Below, piece by piece: positions 1-17,234 of a stretch of 64,000 nt of DNA. A model generated the notes under the pieces. The model worked only from the letters and a program-made list of their open reading frames with translations. It made no database searches and was not told the origin of the DNA. The stretch is from the human T2T-CHM13v2.0 reference genome, Homo sapiens: NCBI RefSeq assembly GCF_009914755.1, contig NC_060944.1; one strand, 5' to 3'. Within the stretch, counting starts at the first letter, position 1, and each line of letters opens with the position of its first letter. The translations under genes and the position numbers were made by a program.

Positions 1-929
1 GCATTAAAGTAAAGCAGCATAGGATCAATTTTTTCCTGGTAGAAGGAAACACCATCTTTCCAAGAAGACAATTCCGCCAGGAAACAAAACAAACGAAAAC
101 ATTTCTGGTAAGTCCTAGTTCCCAAGACTTGAAGCCAGTATATTTTCCCACTTTCAAGTACCCTTGACTGTAGAGATAAAAGGTATCCACTTAGAGATAT
201 TAACTCATTACCACTGCCTAAATTTGGGTTCCAGAAACACAACTTAATATGACATCAATGGATGTGATAATCATTTGAAAGTGGCTTTATCAAAATCATC
301 CAACAGAACAAGTTACTTTCTAATTAGCATCTTCAGTTAAATACCTAAATCTGATGAATAATGTTATGCATTATGCTAAATTGCATTGGCTCACTATTCT
401 AGAATGCTTTCAAATTAATTAATAATGATATATTCAGTAATGAGAAATATAAAAAGATAAAAACCTATTTCAATCAGTTTAAATTAGAATTTAACATTTC
501 TTCAATACACTATTTTGTAGTCAATTGCAAGAGTAATAAAGCAAAATTATTGAGTCTTTAATAGTGACCATTCAAAATTCATAATGAATTATTAGAAAGA
601 AAACTAAGGTCCCTACCAACTTTCCACCTCACTCCAAACCATAGCCAAGGTCATTACAACAGCAAGTAAGACTCCACACAATTCCCACTTCTTCGCCTCT
701 ATTCTATTACTTCTGGAATCTTCTACTACTCCAAATTGTGTGTTTTGCTCCAGACTCAGCAGTTCTCACTACCTTGTTCTTCCAATTGCCATCTTCTCGG
801 TGTGGCCTTTCTTGACTATCTAGTTAGAAATTACCCTATCAAAATTATCTGATCCCCATCCAGGATTACTTTTCACCATCTAACTTACGATACTTCACAT
901 ATTTATGTGGCTCATTGTCTGTTATCTGT

Positions 930-1040
930 CTCCCTAAGTTAGAATGCAAGCTTCGTGATGGCAGAGATTTGGTCAATTTCCTTCACTCAATAATTCCTGA
1001 CCCAAAGTAAAAACGTCATAAGTATTTTTTGAATATACAA
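930..1040 (+). mobile_element. L2 3' end fragment
   Basis: agaatgcaagcttcgtgatggcagagattt...agtattttttgaata resembles the L2 terminus; old and diverged. Confidence 0.55.
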
Positions 1041-2118
1041 ATATGTAGTCCGAATTATCAAGGAGCTTATAAATAAATAAAGACACAAACCAGCATTATA
1101 GTGCAGTTTGAGAAATATCAATAGTGTGGTATAGGAGGAGGTATGTAAACTATGAGAAGCAACAGTTACATAAGAAGCAATTCAGAAAGACACACAGTGT
1201 GGGTGATATCTGAGTTAAAGGACAGAAAGTAAGAAGATAACCAGATGGAGAAAAGAGAGGAAGATTTTACAAACAAGCATCAGAAATTACCATAAGAAAA
1301 GCAAGTACAAAATAATCATAAGAAAAACAATTGCATCCCAATTATTATGACAAACATAATTAACTATGAAAACCCAAAAACAGTTCATGCTTTGATAATG
1401 CTAAAGTTGATAAGTAGATTAAGATGTGATAGAACAATCTGTAAATCTTGGTGCTTCCTAACTTTTGAGAAAACATTTTTAGGCAAAATATGATGATTTA
1501 AGGAAGAAAAGTTGCTGATGGATGAGGCATGTCCCTTAAAGACAAACACTATGAACACTGTGTACAGCCTTTATAATGGAAAGGTGCCAGGTTTTTTTTT
1601 AAGTCCTTGGAATCTCAGGTGGCAACTTTGAAATTCATGTGTAATTCATGAGTTTTTTAAAAGAAATGTAATAAGTAACACAAGTGATTCTAGAGCTTGT
1701 CTTTAGGCTGAGGGAGATATTGGCATTATAAGTTGAAGTGTTAGAAAGGAACAATAAGAATTAAGAATAAGCAGTAATTTCTGCCAAGATCTGTGGCACC
1801 CAGTCTCACACATAAGGCTTTTTGGAATCTCTTGGTTTCCAAGGTTCAGGCTCTCATACTTTAGTTTGTACATAAAGGACTTAAGTTATTCTTAAAGCAC
1901 AGTTTTAGCACTTCACACCAGGAGATGGTTATGAGACCGATCACAAGATAAAGTGAAATAGGATGTGTGCCTGCTTGTAGAAGGAACCTCTTTCCTTCTG
2001 CGTTTCTATTCCTACTTTTCTGGCAGGCAAGTCCTAGAAAAAATTTCATATACAGATTAATTTTTAAACAATTTACATTATGTTTTACTATTATTAGCTT
2101 CTAGAATACCTTAGCTTA

Positions 2119-2432
2119 GGCTGGCCCTGGTGGCTCACACTTGAAATCCCAGCACTTTGGGAGACTGCAGTGGGCAGATCACCTGAAGTCAGGAGTTTGA
2201 GACTAGCCTAGCCAACATGGTAAAACCTAGTCTCTACTAAAAATCCAAAAATTAGCCGGGTGTGGCGATGCGTACCTGTAATGCCAGCTACTCGGGAGGC
2301 TGAGGGAGGAGAACCATTGAGCCCGGGAGGTGGAGGCTGCAGTGAGCCAAGATTGTGTCACTGCACTCCAGCCTGGGCAACAGAGCAAGACTCTGTCTCA
2401 AAAAAACAAAAAACAAACAAACAAACAAAAAA
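2119..2432 (+). mobile_element. AluS (Sx/Sz-like), full length
   Basis: Dimeric Alu with A/AAAC tail; 16-bp TSD agaata(c/t)cttagctta at 2103-2118 and 2433-2448. Confidence 0.95.
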
Positions 2433-4860
2433 AGAATATCTTAGCTTATATATTTCTCACATCTGATCCTACCACTTTACTTCTTTTTTCCTGTTTATAC
2501 CAATTATTTCTATTCCTCTTTACATATAGGCAGAGAGATAAAACTAAAATGTGTCATAGACAGTGACATCTACTAAATTTACCTATTCTTCATGTTGAAT
2601 TCCACAACAGATTTCAAATACAACCAAAATCTCCAAATGAAATCTTAATTCTAAATTGAGTGCTTGTAGTCTTCAAATATGTTCAAATGGAACATCAAAG
2701 CTCAATAAAAATAGTTATATTACTTGGGATGGTATTTAAAATATTTTTTCCTAAATAAATTCAGCTTCAGAGGAGAGAAAACCTTCATTAGGAGATGTAT
2801 CTTAAGGAACAAATTAAGTCAAACAAATGTGAAAGAAATCATACTTTATTATGTTGAATAGTAAGATTTTTTTGTTACTATTGTGAATTAATGCCATCCA
2901 AATATTGAGTGATGTAATTCAATTTAGTAAAAGAAAAAAGTCTAAATTATCAACTTCTTTCCTTATAAAAATGAAATATGCTATAACTTGCATTTTTTCC
3001 ATGGCAATGACCCTGATGATCAGAAAGAGAGGTTAAAACATAAAAACATTTAAAATCATCTAATCTAAATTATAAAAAAGAAATCCCTTTCTTCAGAAAA
3101 AATAATTTTTTAAGGAAGCAGTCAAAAACAAATCTCTACTAGTAGATATACAGCATACACATCTCTTACTATCTCCCATGCAGACTGCATAAAAAGGCTT
3201 GCTGACTACTTTTAAGAAAACAACATTCAGATGTCTGGAAAGTATCTGAAATGCGTGATTAATCTACACAGATAATTTTCTCAAGAAACCAAATTTTGAA
3301 GACAAGTAATTCAAAAGTATATTGTCTTTAAAGTTAATCCACTGGTATTCTTAAACTGCTATAATACTTTCTCTGTTTACCTTATAGTGTGAACCTCTCA
3401 AGCTATGGGAATGCACGTAATCTTGAAGAATAGTTGACTTCTTTTGTAGGAAAAAGCTGTTAGAAATGACTGTTAGGATTTCAAATGTTTGGGAGCGTGT
3501 ATTCATGTGGGTTTTATGTGTTGAATATTTGCATTTATAATTTTAAGATGCTTAAATCCAAAACTAAAATGACCCATGTAACATAATTCTGCCATAGGAT
3601 AAATTAACTTCAATTAAATTTTTCCATACAAATTATTATCTACCACAATGTAAAAATATTTATATATCATAAAGATGTAAGAAACACTGACATCTATAAT
3701 ACAGCAGAGTTCAATTTCACTACTACTTAGCTTGATGATATTTTAAGGTCATGTCTCTTGGAATACACATTCAATATTCATTGCCAAATGTCTGAACTCA
3801 CCTCTCTTGAAGCCATATTCAATTATCAAATGAAAATAATTTACCAAGCAACCTCACAAAACACAAACTCTAGGTAGCATTAAGGTTTTTCAAAGTGATT
3901 ATTCCTTATTAGTAGTGATCCTAAGATATTAAAACTCACAGATCGCATGATCTGAGATTTTCTAGTTGAAAAGCTGTAGCTATAAACTTTTAATTCAAAG
4001 TCGGATACCACCTTCAGCTGTCAAAAGAATTACACAATCACTTAAATTTCTGGAATGAAAGAGAAAATGAAGGGAATAATAAAAGTAACTTTGAAATGCA
4101 CCGGGAAACAATTGTAAGGAACCGAATGGAGGCAAAGACAGAGAGAGAGAGGGCTGTTTATCTAACCTTCCCTTCTTGAGTAGGTTTTCTCTGATATCTC
4201 TAGAGGAAAACTGGATGTGTAACAATGAAATACAAAATACAAGATATTGTCTTCGTATAATTACTTGTAATGATTCCAAGATGGCAGAATTTGAGAACTT
4301 GCTAAATAGCACAACAAAGTGGTCTGCTTTTCCAAAATTTTGCCCCTTAACTTAAATATTATTTCATGGTGAAGATCAATAAAACTGAAAATTGGAATTG
4401 CCAGATATTATCAGATTTTATTTTTTGAATGCTTAATAGCTGACCCAAAATCTGGTCATAAAAATGGAAGTTAAATTAAATTGTCCTCAAAATTTAAGTT
4501 TGCTACATTTGTAAGTGCCACTTGCTTCTTCAAAATTTCAAACTTTCTCATATCTAGCAGCAAATCAAAATTAGGAATTTAAGCATGTAAATTCATCGTG
4601 GAAACCAAATGGATTAAAATTTTCTGTGTATTCATGATAATGTTTAAAATTTTTGCTACATTTAAACCCTAAGTTAGTTACAAAAACTCTAAAATTATGC
4701 TTGTTTAAAAACTTGGGCTAACTTGCTTTTGAAAACATACTGACATATTCATTCCATTCTTCTTATAATTATTTTTGTGTCACTCCCAAACAGCACACCA
4801 TTGTATATGTCCCCAAAATGGCACTTCTTTGTTAAAGCCATTAAGACAGAAATATTTTTG

Positions 4861-5131
4861 AGCCAGATGCAATGGCTCATGCCTGTAATCTCAGTACTTA
4901 GGGAGGCCTAGGTTAGAGGACTGCTCGAGGATAGGAGTTCGTGACCTGCCTGGGCAACATAGCAAGACCCAGTCTTTACAAATGAAATGAAAATAAAATA
5001 TAAAATAAACTAGCTGGGCATAGTAGTGCACACCTGTGGTCATAGCTATCAGGAGGCTGAGATGAGAGGACCATATGAACTTAGGAGTTTGGGGCTGTGA
5101 TGAGCTATGATTGCACCACTGCACTTCAGCC
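4861..5131 (+). mobile_element. AluJ, 3' truncated
   Basis: Diverged Alu dimer with J-type left arm (ggactgctcgagg...caacatagcaagaccc); no A tail. Confidence 0.85.
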
Positions 5132-7990
5132 AGAACTCCGGGTTGCTGAGGAAATAAGTTCTCAGTTCTGAATATAAAAACTGCTCCTGACACTCCCCAG
5201 AATCCTGTAAATGAGCTGGGTTTTCTGGTGCCTCTCTATAGTCCCTCTTTCTCAGGAAACATCCCCATGGTTTTGCCTGCTGTGATATTAATTACACCCA
5301 TGCTTATTATATGTCAGTTCAGTTTTATCTAGATTCTCCCGAAGTCAGTGCTGAACTTAGCTGTTTGAAAATGTATATATTGTAATAGTTACCAAAAAGA
5401 CAAAATACAGCTAGATATTTATGCTATTTGTTTTATTTCCATCGTAGGTATATTTCCTTTTAAAATTCATATGTATCTTTTTCTAAGGATTGTCTCCATT
5501 TTCAGATGTTAAACACTTTCTCATGCACAAACCACTTAAGCAGCATAGACACAGAGTCCACGTCAGGGAATGTTACATTCAGTATAGGCACCTATTATTT
5601 GGTAACTCAGAAGTAGGAAAATGGATGTCCTCAAGCAGATGCTTTTCTTGACAGATACAAAAAATTGACAAGGATCATTGACTTACTTCCAACCCACCAT
5701 TCATCCCTTTTCTCTTATTTTGACCCTAAGGGTCCCAGAGGGATAATGGCCCTACATTGTTATTTAGAATTCAGATTTCAGACTGCATTTCTTATACCAT
5801 TTTTATAAGTAGTGGTTGCACACAGTTGAGACAATACTATGATATTAATCTACATTCCTCGTTAAATCGACTTTTGTCTTCCATTTTTTTAGCTTAGCTA
5901 CAATTTCTCACACGGTTTCTCTAGGAAGGAACATTGGGATTTCCCTATGACTTAAACATTTAGAACTTAGTCTATTCATAAATATGAAGAGCTTGTGTAG
6001 AAAGTATAATTTACTTATACTATCATGCTTAAGAAATTATGTGAAATAATGTGAAAATAATCTTATAACATTTGTATGCTTATTTGCTGCAAGAGTCATA
6101 CTTCATTGATACTTAATCATAATCTTGGACATTGCGGGTTCCAGTAACCAATATTTAATGCAAGACTGTAAACTTAATAGAGAGAAAACCTTATTTATAA
6201 ATCTTCATGTATTCTTTTCTTGACAATAATAATGAGCTATGAGATTTGTATTTTAAAAGATACTTAGTAATAAAAACTTTAATTTTTAAAACTTTTATTT
6301 TTAAATTCTGCTTAATTGCATGAAAGTTAAAAGGTAATATTTAATATTAATGAGGCTTATTGAACTAAATGATGATATGCAGCTTGGGTTATACTTGCAA
6401 TTATAAGATTTGCTCATTATACCAAAGCAATCTCCTTCACTCAATCTAGCTACCATAAAGGAAGCAAAATTCCCTGAATCATAATATCAAAGCATTCCAT
6501 TATGTTTTCTATTAAGTTGTTTTGTTCTTTGAATCATTGTCTATTTTAATTTATCCTTTTAGAAAGAAAACAAATTACTTAACTTGCATTTCCCACTCGA
6601 AGCTTCACTGTAGCTAGACTTGGAATTGATTTCAGGCCATTTTTTAATAAATGATGATCCCCAGTGAAGGATAGAATATTTGAGCAATCAATACTGAGTA
6701 AATAAAAGGGTTTGGGTAAATAAGAGAGAAGATACCTATTTTTCTCAAATATTTTAAATATCTAATAACCTATTCCTCATCTAAAACAAGCCACGATTAC
6801 TGGAAATGATGGTCAGAGGAAGGTTTTAGCAACCCTGTATAATACTACATGTCATGTTGGATCACTGTTACAGAGAAACAGTTGTCATGCTGCATTTTAG
6901 TAATTCTACACATCACCAGAGAAATAAACAACTCTTATAGACACAGAAATCCAACGTAGCTACTGTCTACATATTCTTGTTTGAGACCTTTGGTGAAAAA
7001 ACTCCTATGTGTATTAAATATATTTTACATTAGTTTTATCACAAAAAAGAAAAATGAGAATTCTATTAAATGCTAATATAAATTCTGAATGGCATGAAAG
7101 AAAAATTAAAATCAAAGCTGATCTTAATTAACAAAATGTATTATCTGCTTACATGTATATACAACTATTCATATACAAAGGCACAGATGCATTTGTGGTT
7201 TTGAAAAATATCTATTTCATTTCAAAAATTCACTGAACAATATTACATATGGCAAGAAAACTGCTCTTTTTGAAGGATCTTTTAAAAAGTGTTAAACTTT
7301 ATTAGATACTTCAAACTAGCAAAGCTCAACTTCATCACAATTATATAATAACACTGCACACTTTCAATTTTATCTGGAGAAATATACCTATCCCTTGAAA
7401 TAAACTCTGTGAACTTCCTGCTCACAGATTTCATTTCAAGCCTTGAAAATGCAGAAAATCAATGCCAAATATACTTGCCCCAAAAGGAAAAGAAAATTTC
7501 AGGGGTGTCAGGATGTTTTATCACATAAAATACAGAATTGCAATTTGTATCTGAGCAAGCAACACACCTCCAAAAATAATATAATACTTATCACAAAATA
7601 CATTCACAGATACTAGATTTGGCACAAACCACTCCATACAGCTATTGATCAAATCAGTATTGAAAGCCTTATTACAAAATCTATGGCCCTTTTCTACTCT
7701 CCAACAGACATTTCAGGATGCCACAACCTTGCAGTTCCACTCTATCATTAATTTCCCCTAAATACACTTGGCAGAAGAATGAGAAACGTCACATTTTTCA
7801 TTTAATTTCTAAAGAACATCACATCCTTTAAGAATAGGTTCTTGAAATTTTAAAATGTAAAATTTAAAAACCCTAATGAAAAGAAACAAACATCCAAAAA
7901 CTTTTCTTCAAAATCACAACAACTTTATATGCTACGTGTTCTTGTAAAATACCACACACACAAACTCACATGCATACCCACCCACCCAAA

Positions 7991-8058
7991 ACACACACAC
8001 ACACACACACACACATATAGCCTCATACCTCACACATACATATATATATATATATATA
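7991..8058. repeat. (AC)12 and (AT)~10 microsatellites
   Basis: Read directly: AC run 7991-8014, AT run ~8040-8058. Confidence 0.9.
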
Positions 8059-8295
8059 ATCAATTCCAACAGAGAAAAGCCAATTTCAGAAAGATGCCTT
8101 CAATTTTGATGCATTTACTCACACCTAATTCTATTTCAATTTAACTGGTGCAGAGGCATGACAATACCCTGTAACAAAAACCTGGCAGAAGATTACAACA
8201 AATTGCTTAAACGTCAAACCAAAGACTCACATAATTTCATCATAAAGTGAAATTTCCATCTAACTCTCAAAGAATTAGAACATCCTTGCACTTGT

Positions 8296-8417
8296 CTTGG
8301 CCTTGTCCATTCCCCTGATGACCCCAAAAGACCACAGTCATCATCAACAGTCCCAGAGCCCACGTCCACATCCTTCTAGTGACACTTTCATGTCTTCTGG
8401 CCATCGCGTCTTAAACT
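8296..8417 (-). pseudogene. ROBO2: Duplicated orphan first coding exon (exon 2) of ROBO2 isoform a, encoding the signal-peptide region; splice donor inactivated
   Basis: Minus strand reads ...aatatgcag|AGTTTAAGACGCG ATG (ATG at 8404-8402), then 109 nt encoding MARRHESVTRRMWTWALGLLMMTVVFWGHQGNGQGQ+G. This matches the recalled human ROBO2a N-terminus MARRHERVTRRMWTWAPGLLMMTVVFWGHQGNGQGQG with 2 substitutions. The expected donor reads CCAAG|ACAAGT (not GT or GC). No other ROBO2 exon recognised, so this is treated as a paralogous fragment. Confidence 0.9.
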
Positions 8418-10338
8418 CTGCATATTCAGTGGGGTGGATGTGAAAGTACAATAAATTACATTCCTAGAGAAATATATTACGACTCAAATCCCATATCTAA
8501 TATGCATTGTGCATTTCTGAATTATCCTGCTTACAAGGAGGTACATTTGAAAATCATGCTTCCCTTTAGGATTGTCATATTGATGATTAATATGAAAGCT
8601 CATTCATCTTTAATCTTTATTCTAAGCATTCATCTGAATTACATTTTTAATATCATTTTCCAAAACAGGCCTTTTAACCTATGAATGTTAAAAAGTACTC
8701 CCAATATACATATTGGAGTTCAGTCAAGCAAAAAAGTTGTGTATGGACACTACTTAAGTATAACTTGATATTTAGGCAAATTAATGAATTTAACATACCA
8801 TGTAATCTCTACATATATACAAAAGGACTTTTCAACACACTTCTGTAAGTTTAGCATAAATACCCTTGAAAATATTCTCAAGTTTTAAGTGGTATTCTAA
8901 TTATGTCAGTAATTAACTGAATAAAGAGACTCATCATGTACAAAAGCTAATCTTGTTTACTTAAAATTGAGAGTAAAATTAATTATAGAAGTTACAAAAC
9001 ACTTGTAGTTTTGATTTCAGAGATATAACCCACAGGAACTTTCATATATACAAATATTATATATGACAATGTATATTTGAATGTTCATTTTGAAACTGCT
9101 CTTCATACTGACACATGAAAATACTTAAATGTCCACCAAAGCAAGGTTATTTATTCATACATTTGAATGATATACACTAGATCAAAAGAATAAACTTGAG
9201 TTGCATGTACTAATATGGATAAGTGTCAAAAATGAATAGTGAAGCAAAACTAGCAAACTGAATAATGATAAGTTCAAAACTATACCTTTCATATGTAAAC
9301 ATGTACAATAGTTAAAACTATACATTTTATGTTGCATAAATATATAATACAGCATAATAACGCATAAGAATGATAAACACCTTCAAGACCAAAGTTAGGA
9401 AATTACAAGACTACAATTTAAATGATTAACAAGTGGAATTTTAAATCAGAGGTTACTCCTAAATCCCAATTTTTCTACAGTTGACAAAATACGGAGCTCA
9501 GAAAAGTAAACTTAATGATTTCCAGAATGAATGCTTTATTCAAAATGCTACATAATTACAATTCTAATAAACTTGCAAGGGAATCCAGTCACCCAGAAGT
9601 TTTCTTTCTCCCTTTCTCCTACATCACAAAAGGGGAAGATTTAATTAACAACTTTGCATTACTTAACTTCAGACTCATAGTATCAGAGCTAAAGAGAAAT
9701 TTAAGAAACACCTAACTCAACCTCTCCATTTTAAATGAACAAATGAGTTGAGGTTACAGTGACATTTCTGAGTTCATATGTAAAAACAGTATTTTGATGA
9801 CAATGACAGTTTAAGTACTAATAAACACTCCATGAAAAGTTACTGTAATCCAGGTTATTTTACTGTGCTAAATGCCTTACATTCTTTACCCAATTTAGTT
9901 TTCACAGAAATCCTATGAACAAAACACTTTCAAAATTTACCACTTCACAGCTAAGAAAAACAAGGCTTAGAGAAATGCTACACGATCCCCTAGTCATGAG
10001 GTTAGTAGGTACTATTGTGGAGACTGAGGCAAAACAGGACGATTTCAATGCCTACCCTCTAAACAAGTAAACACTAAGCAGGAATTTAGTTCTAGATCTC
10101 CCAATTGTAGTCCAATAATCAGCCAAAAAATGATTCTGAGAAGAGGGGAAAAAAGATGTCGTGTGTATGGAGCCTCAAGTATTTGATCCCAAATACATCT
10201 TCAAATTGAAAATCATTAGAGCATAAGGCAATAGAATTATTAGTTTGTTTCTAAAATCATCAACCTTTCCCAAGTTGAACATACAAGTATATTTTATCAT
10301 ACATATACTATATGTATGTATAACGTGTGTTTATATAA

Positions 10339-10666
<328 letters not shown>

Positions 10667-10794
10667 TTGTGTTTTTTGATTTCTTCGATTAATTTTACTT
10701 ATAAATTTAATTACACAAGATTAATTTTGTGTACATAATGAATCTCTTTTGAGGTTTAAACTACTGATATAATTAGAGTACCACTTAACATGAG

Positions 10795-10867
10795 TGTAAT
10801 CTCAGCATTTTGGGAAGCCGAGGCGGGTGGATCACCTGAGGTCAGGCATAAGCCACCGTGCCCAGCC
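10795..10867. mobile_element. Rearranged Alu fragment (sense piece fused to antisense 5' end)
   Basis: 10795-10846 is a sense Alu left-arm piece (tgtaat...gaggtcagg); 10843-10867 is an antisense Alu 5' end (caggcataagccaccgtgcccagcc). Confidence 0.85.
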
Positions 10868-11421
10868 TATACACATTCTTTTAACTACTACTTGCAGATA
10901 TTTGTTCCGTTATAATTATAGGGGAACCACTTTCACATAGTATCAAAATATCCAGATCCACTCATCAAGGTGTAAATAATCCTTCCGTAAATTACTTTTG
11001 CAAATTTATTTTTATGTAATATTTCCTTAACTTCTCCTTACCTACAGCCAGTAGTCATTTTAAAAGGCAGAATTTTTACTATTTTATATGGAACTGAGGC
11101 AGTATTTGAAAAAAATCTCAAAACACTCTTCAGGAAGGACTGGCATCTAAAACACCAGTTCCAATACATATTTTAGTAACATTTTAAAGGACAGATGGTT
11201 TTCAAAATGTTATTATAATTAAAAAAATGTAACCTTCCTCTCTGAATTGATGTGCATGGAAAACTAATATTTCATAAATGTCAAGTTACTATGACGTATT
11301 ATGTAAATGCTGCCCGTGCCATTCTATAAATATAAAAATCATAACCTTCGAACTAACTTTGGTATTAGTCAACAGTTGTGCTGATGAAAAGTAAAATCAA
11401 TTCATTTAAAAAAAATTTTCT

Positions 11422-12329
11422 GGGGGAGGAGCCAAGATGGCCGAATAGGAACAGCTCCGGTCTACAGCTCCCAGCATGAGCGATGAAGAAGACGGGTGAT
11501 TTCTGCATTTCCATCTGAGGTACCGGGTTCATCTCACTAGGGAGTGCCAGACAGTGGGCGCAGGTCAGTGGGTGCGCGCACCGTGTGTGAGCCGAAGCAG
11601 GGCGAGGCATTGCCTCACCTGGGAAGCGCAAGGGGTCAGGGAGTTCCCTTTCTGAGTCTAAGAAAGGGGTGACGGACGGTACCTGGAAAATTGGGTCTCT
11701 CCCACCCAAATACTGCCCTTTTCCGACGGGCTTAAAAAACGGCGCACCGCGAGATTATATCCCGCACCTGTCTCGGAGGGTCCTACGCCCACGGAGTCTC
11801 GCTGATTGCTAGCACAGCAGTCTGAGATCAAACTGCAAGGTGGCAGCAAGGCTGGGGGAGGGGCGCCCGCCATTGCCCAGGCTTGATTAGGTAAACAAAG
11901 CAGCCGGGAAACTCCAACTGGGTGGAGCCCACCACAGCTCAAGGAGGCCTGCCTGCCTCTGTAGGCTCCACCTCTGGGGGAGGGACACAGACAAACAAAA
12001 AGACAGCAGTAACCTCTGCAGACTTAAATGTCCCTGTCTGACATCTTTGAAGAGAGCAGTGGTTCTCCCAGCACACAGCTGGAGATCTGAGAACGGGCAG
12101 ACTGCCTCCTCAAGTGAGTCCCTGACCCCTGACCCCCGAGCAGCCTAACTGGGAGGCACCCCCCAGCAGGGGCACACTGACACCTCACACGGCAGGATAT
12201 TCCAACAGACCTGCAGCTGAGGGTCCTCTCTGTTAGAAGGAAAACTAACAAACAGAAAGGACATCCACACCAAAAACCCATCTGTACATCACCATCATCA
12301 AAGACCAAAAGTAGACAAAAACCACAAAG
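11422..12329. promoter_or_regulatory. L1 5'UTR with sense promoter (YY1 site) and antisense promoter
   Basis: CAAGATGGCCG YY1 motif near 11433-11443; CpG-rich. Antisense promoter activity is established for this L1 class but not shown for this copy. Confidence 0.8.
11658..11873 (-). CDS. L1 ORF0-like antisense ORF, 71 aa, open
   Basis: MAGAPPPALLPPCSLISDCCASNQRDSVGVGPSETGAGYNLAVRRFLSPSEK... lies within track ORF 11658..11942; splice donors after nt 106 (11768, CAG|GTGCGG) and nt 191 (11683, CAG|GTACCG). Confidence 0.7.
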   Translation of the reverse strand: MAGAPPPALLPPCSLISDCCASNQRDSVGVGPSETGAGYNLAVRRFLSPSEKGSIWVGETQFSRYRPSPLS

Positions 12330-13346
12330 ATGGGGAAAAAACAGAACAGAAAAACTGGAAACTCTAAAAAGCAGAGCGCCTCTCCTCCTCCAAAGGAACG
12401 CAGTTCCTCACCAGCAACGGAACAAAGTTGGATGGAGAAGGACTTTGACGAGCTGAGAGAAGAAGGCTTCAGACGATCAAATTACTCTGAGCTACGGGAG
12501 GACATTCAAACCAAAGACAAAGAAGTTGAAAACTTTGAAAAAAATTTAGAAGAATGTATAACTAGAATTACCAATACAGAGAAGTGCTTAAAGGAGCTGA
12601 TGGAGCCGAAAACCAAGGCTCGAGAACTACGTGAAGAATGCAGAAGCCTCAGGAGCCGATGCGATCAACTGGAAGAAAGGGTATCAGCGATGGAAGATGA
12701 AATGAATGAAATGAAGAGAGAAGGGAAGTCTAGAGAAAAAAGAATAAAAAGAAATGAGCAAAGCCTCCAAGAAATATGGGACTATGTGAAAAGACCAAAT
12801 CTACGTCTGATTGGTGTACCTGAAAGCAATGGGGAGAATGGAACCAAGTTAGAAAACACTCTGCAGGATATTATCTAGGAGAACTTCCCCAATCTAGCAA
12901 GGCAAGCCAATGTTCAGATTCAGGAAATACAGAGAACGCCACAAAGATACTCCTCGAGAAGAGCAACTCCAAGACACATAATTGTCAGATTCACCAAAGT
13001 TGAAATTAAGGAAAAAATGTTAAGGGCAGCCAGAGAGAAAGGTCGGGTTACCCTCAAAGGGAAGCCCATCAGACTAACAGCGGATCTCTCGGCAGAAACC
13101 CTACAAGCCAGAAGAGAGTGGGGGCCAATATTCAACACTCTTAAAGAAAAGAATTTTCAACCCAGAATTTCATATCCAGCCAAACTAAGCTTCATAAGTG
13201 AAGGAGAAATAAAATCCTTTACAAACAAGCAAATGCTGAGAGATTTTGTCACCACCAGGCCTGCCTTACAAGAGCTCCTGAAGGAAGCACCAAACATGGA
13301 AAGGAACAATCGGTACCAGCCGCTGCAAAATCATGCCAAAATGTAA
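12330..13346 (+). pseudogene. L1 ORF1p, disrupted by one nonsense codon
   Basis: MGKKQNRKTGNSK...QNHAKM in a single frame; TAG at 12876-12878 where the consensus has CAG. Confidence 0.95.
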
Positions 13347-13409
13347 AGACCATCGAGACTAGGAAGAAACTGCATCAACTAACAAGCAAAATAACAAGCT
13401 AACATCATA

Positions 13410-17234
<3,825 letters not shown>

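Noticed and set aside
3995-4312. 105-aa minus ORF in unique sequence; also a donor-like CTG|GTAAGT at ~108
   Set aside because: No recognisable homology or paired splice sites; cannot support an exon
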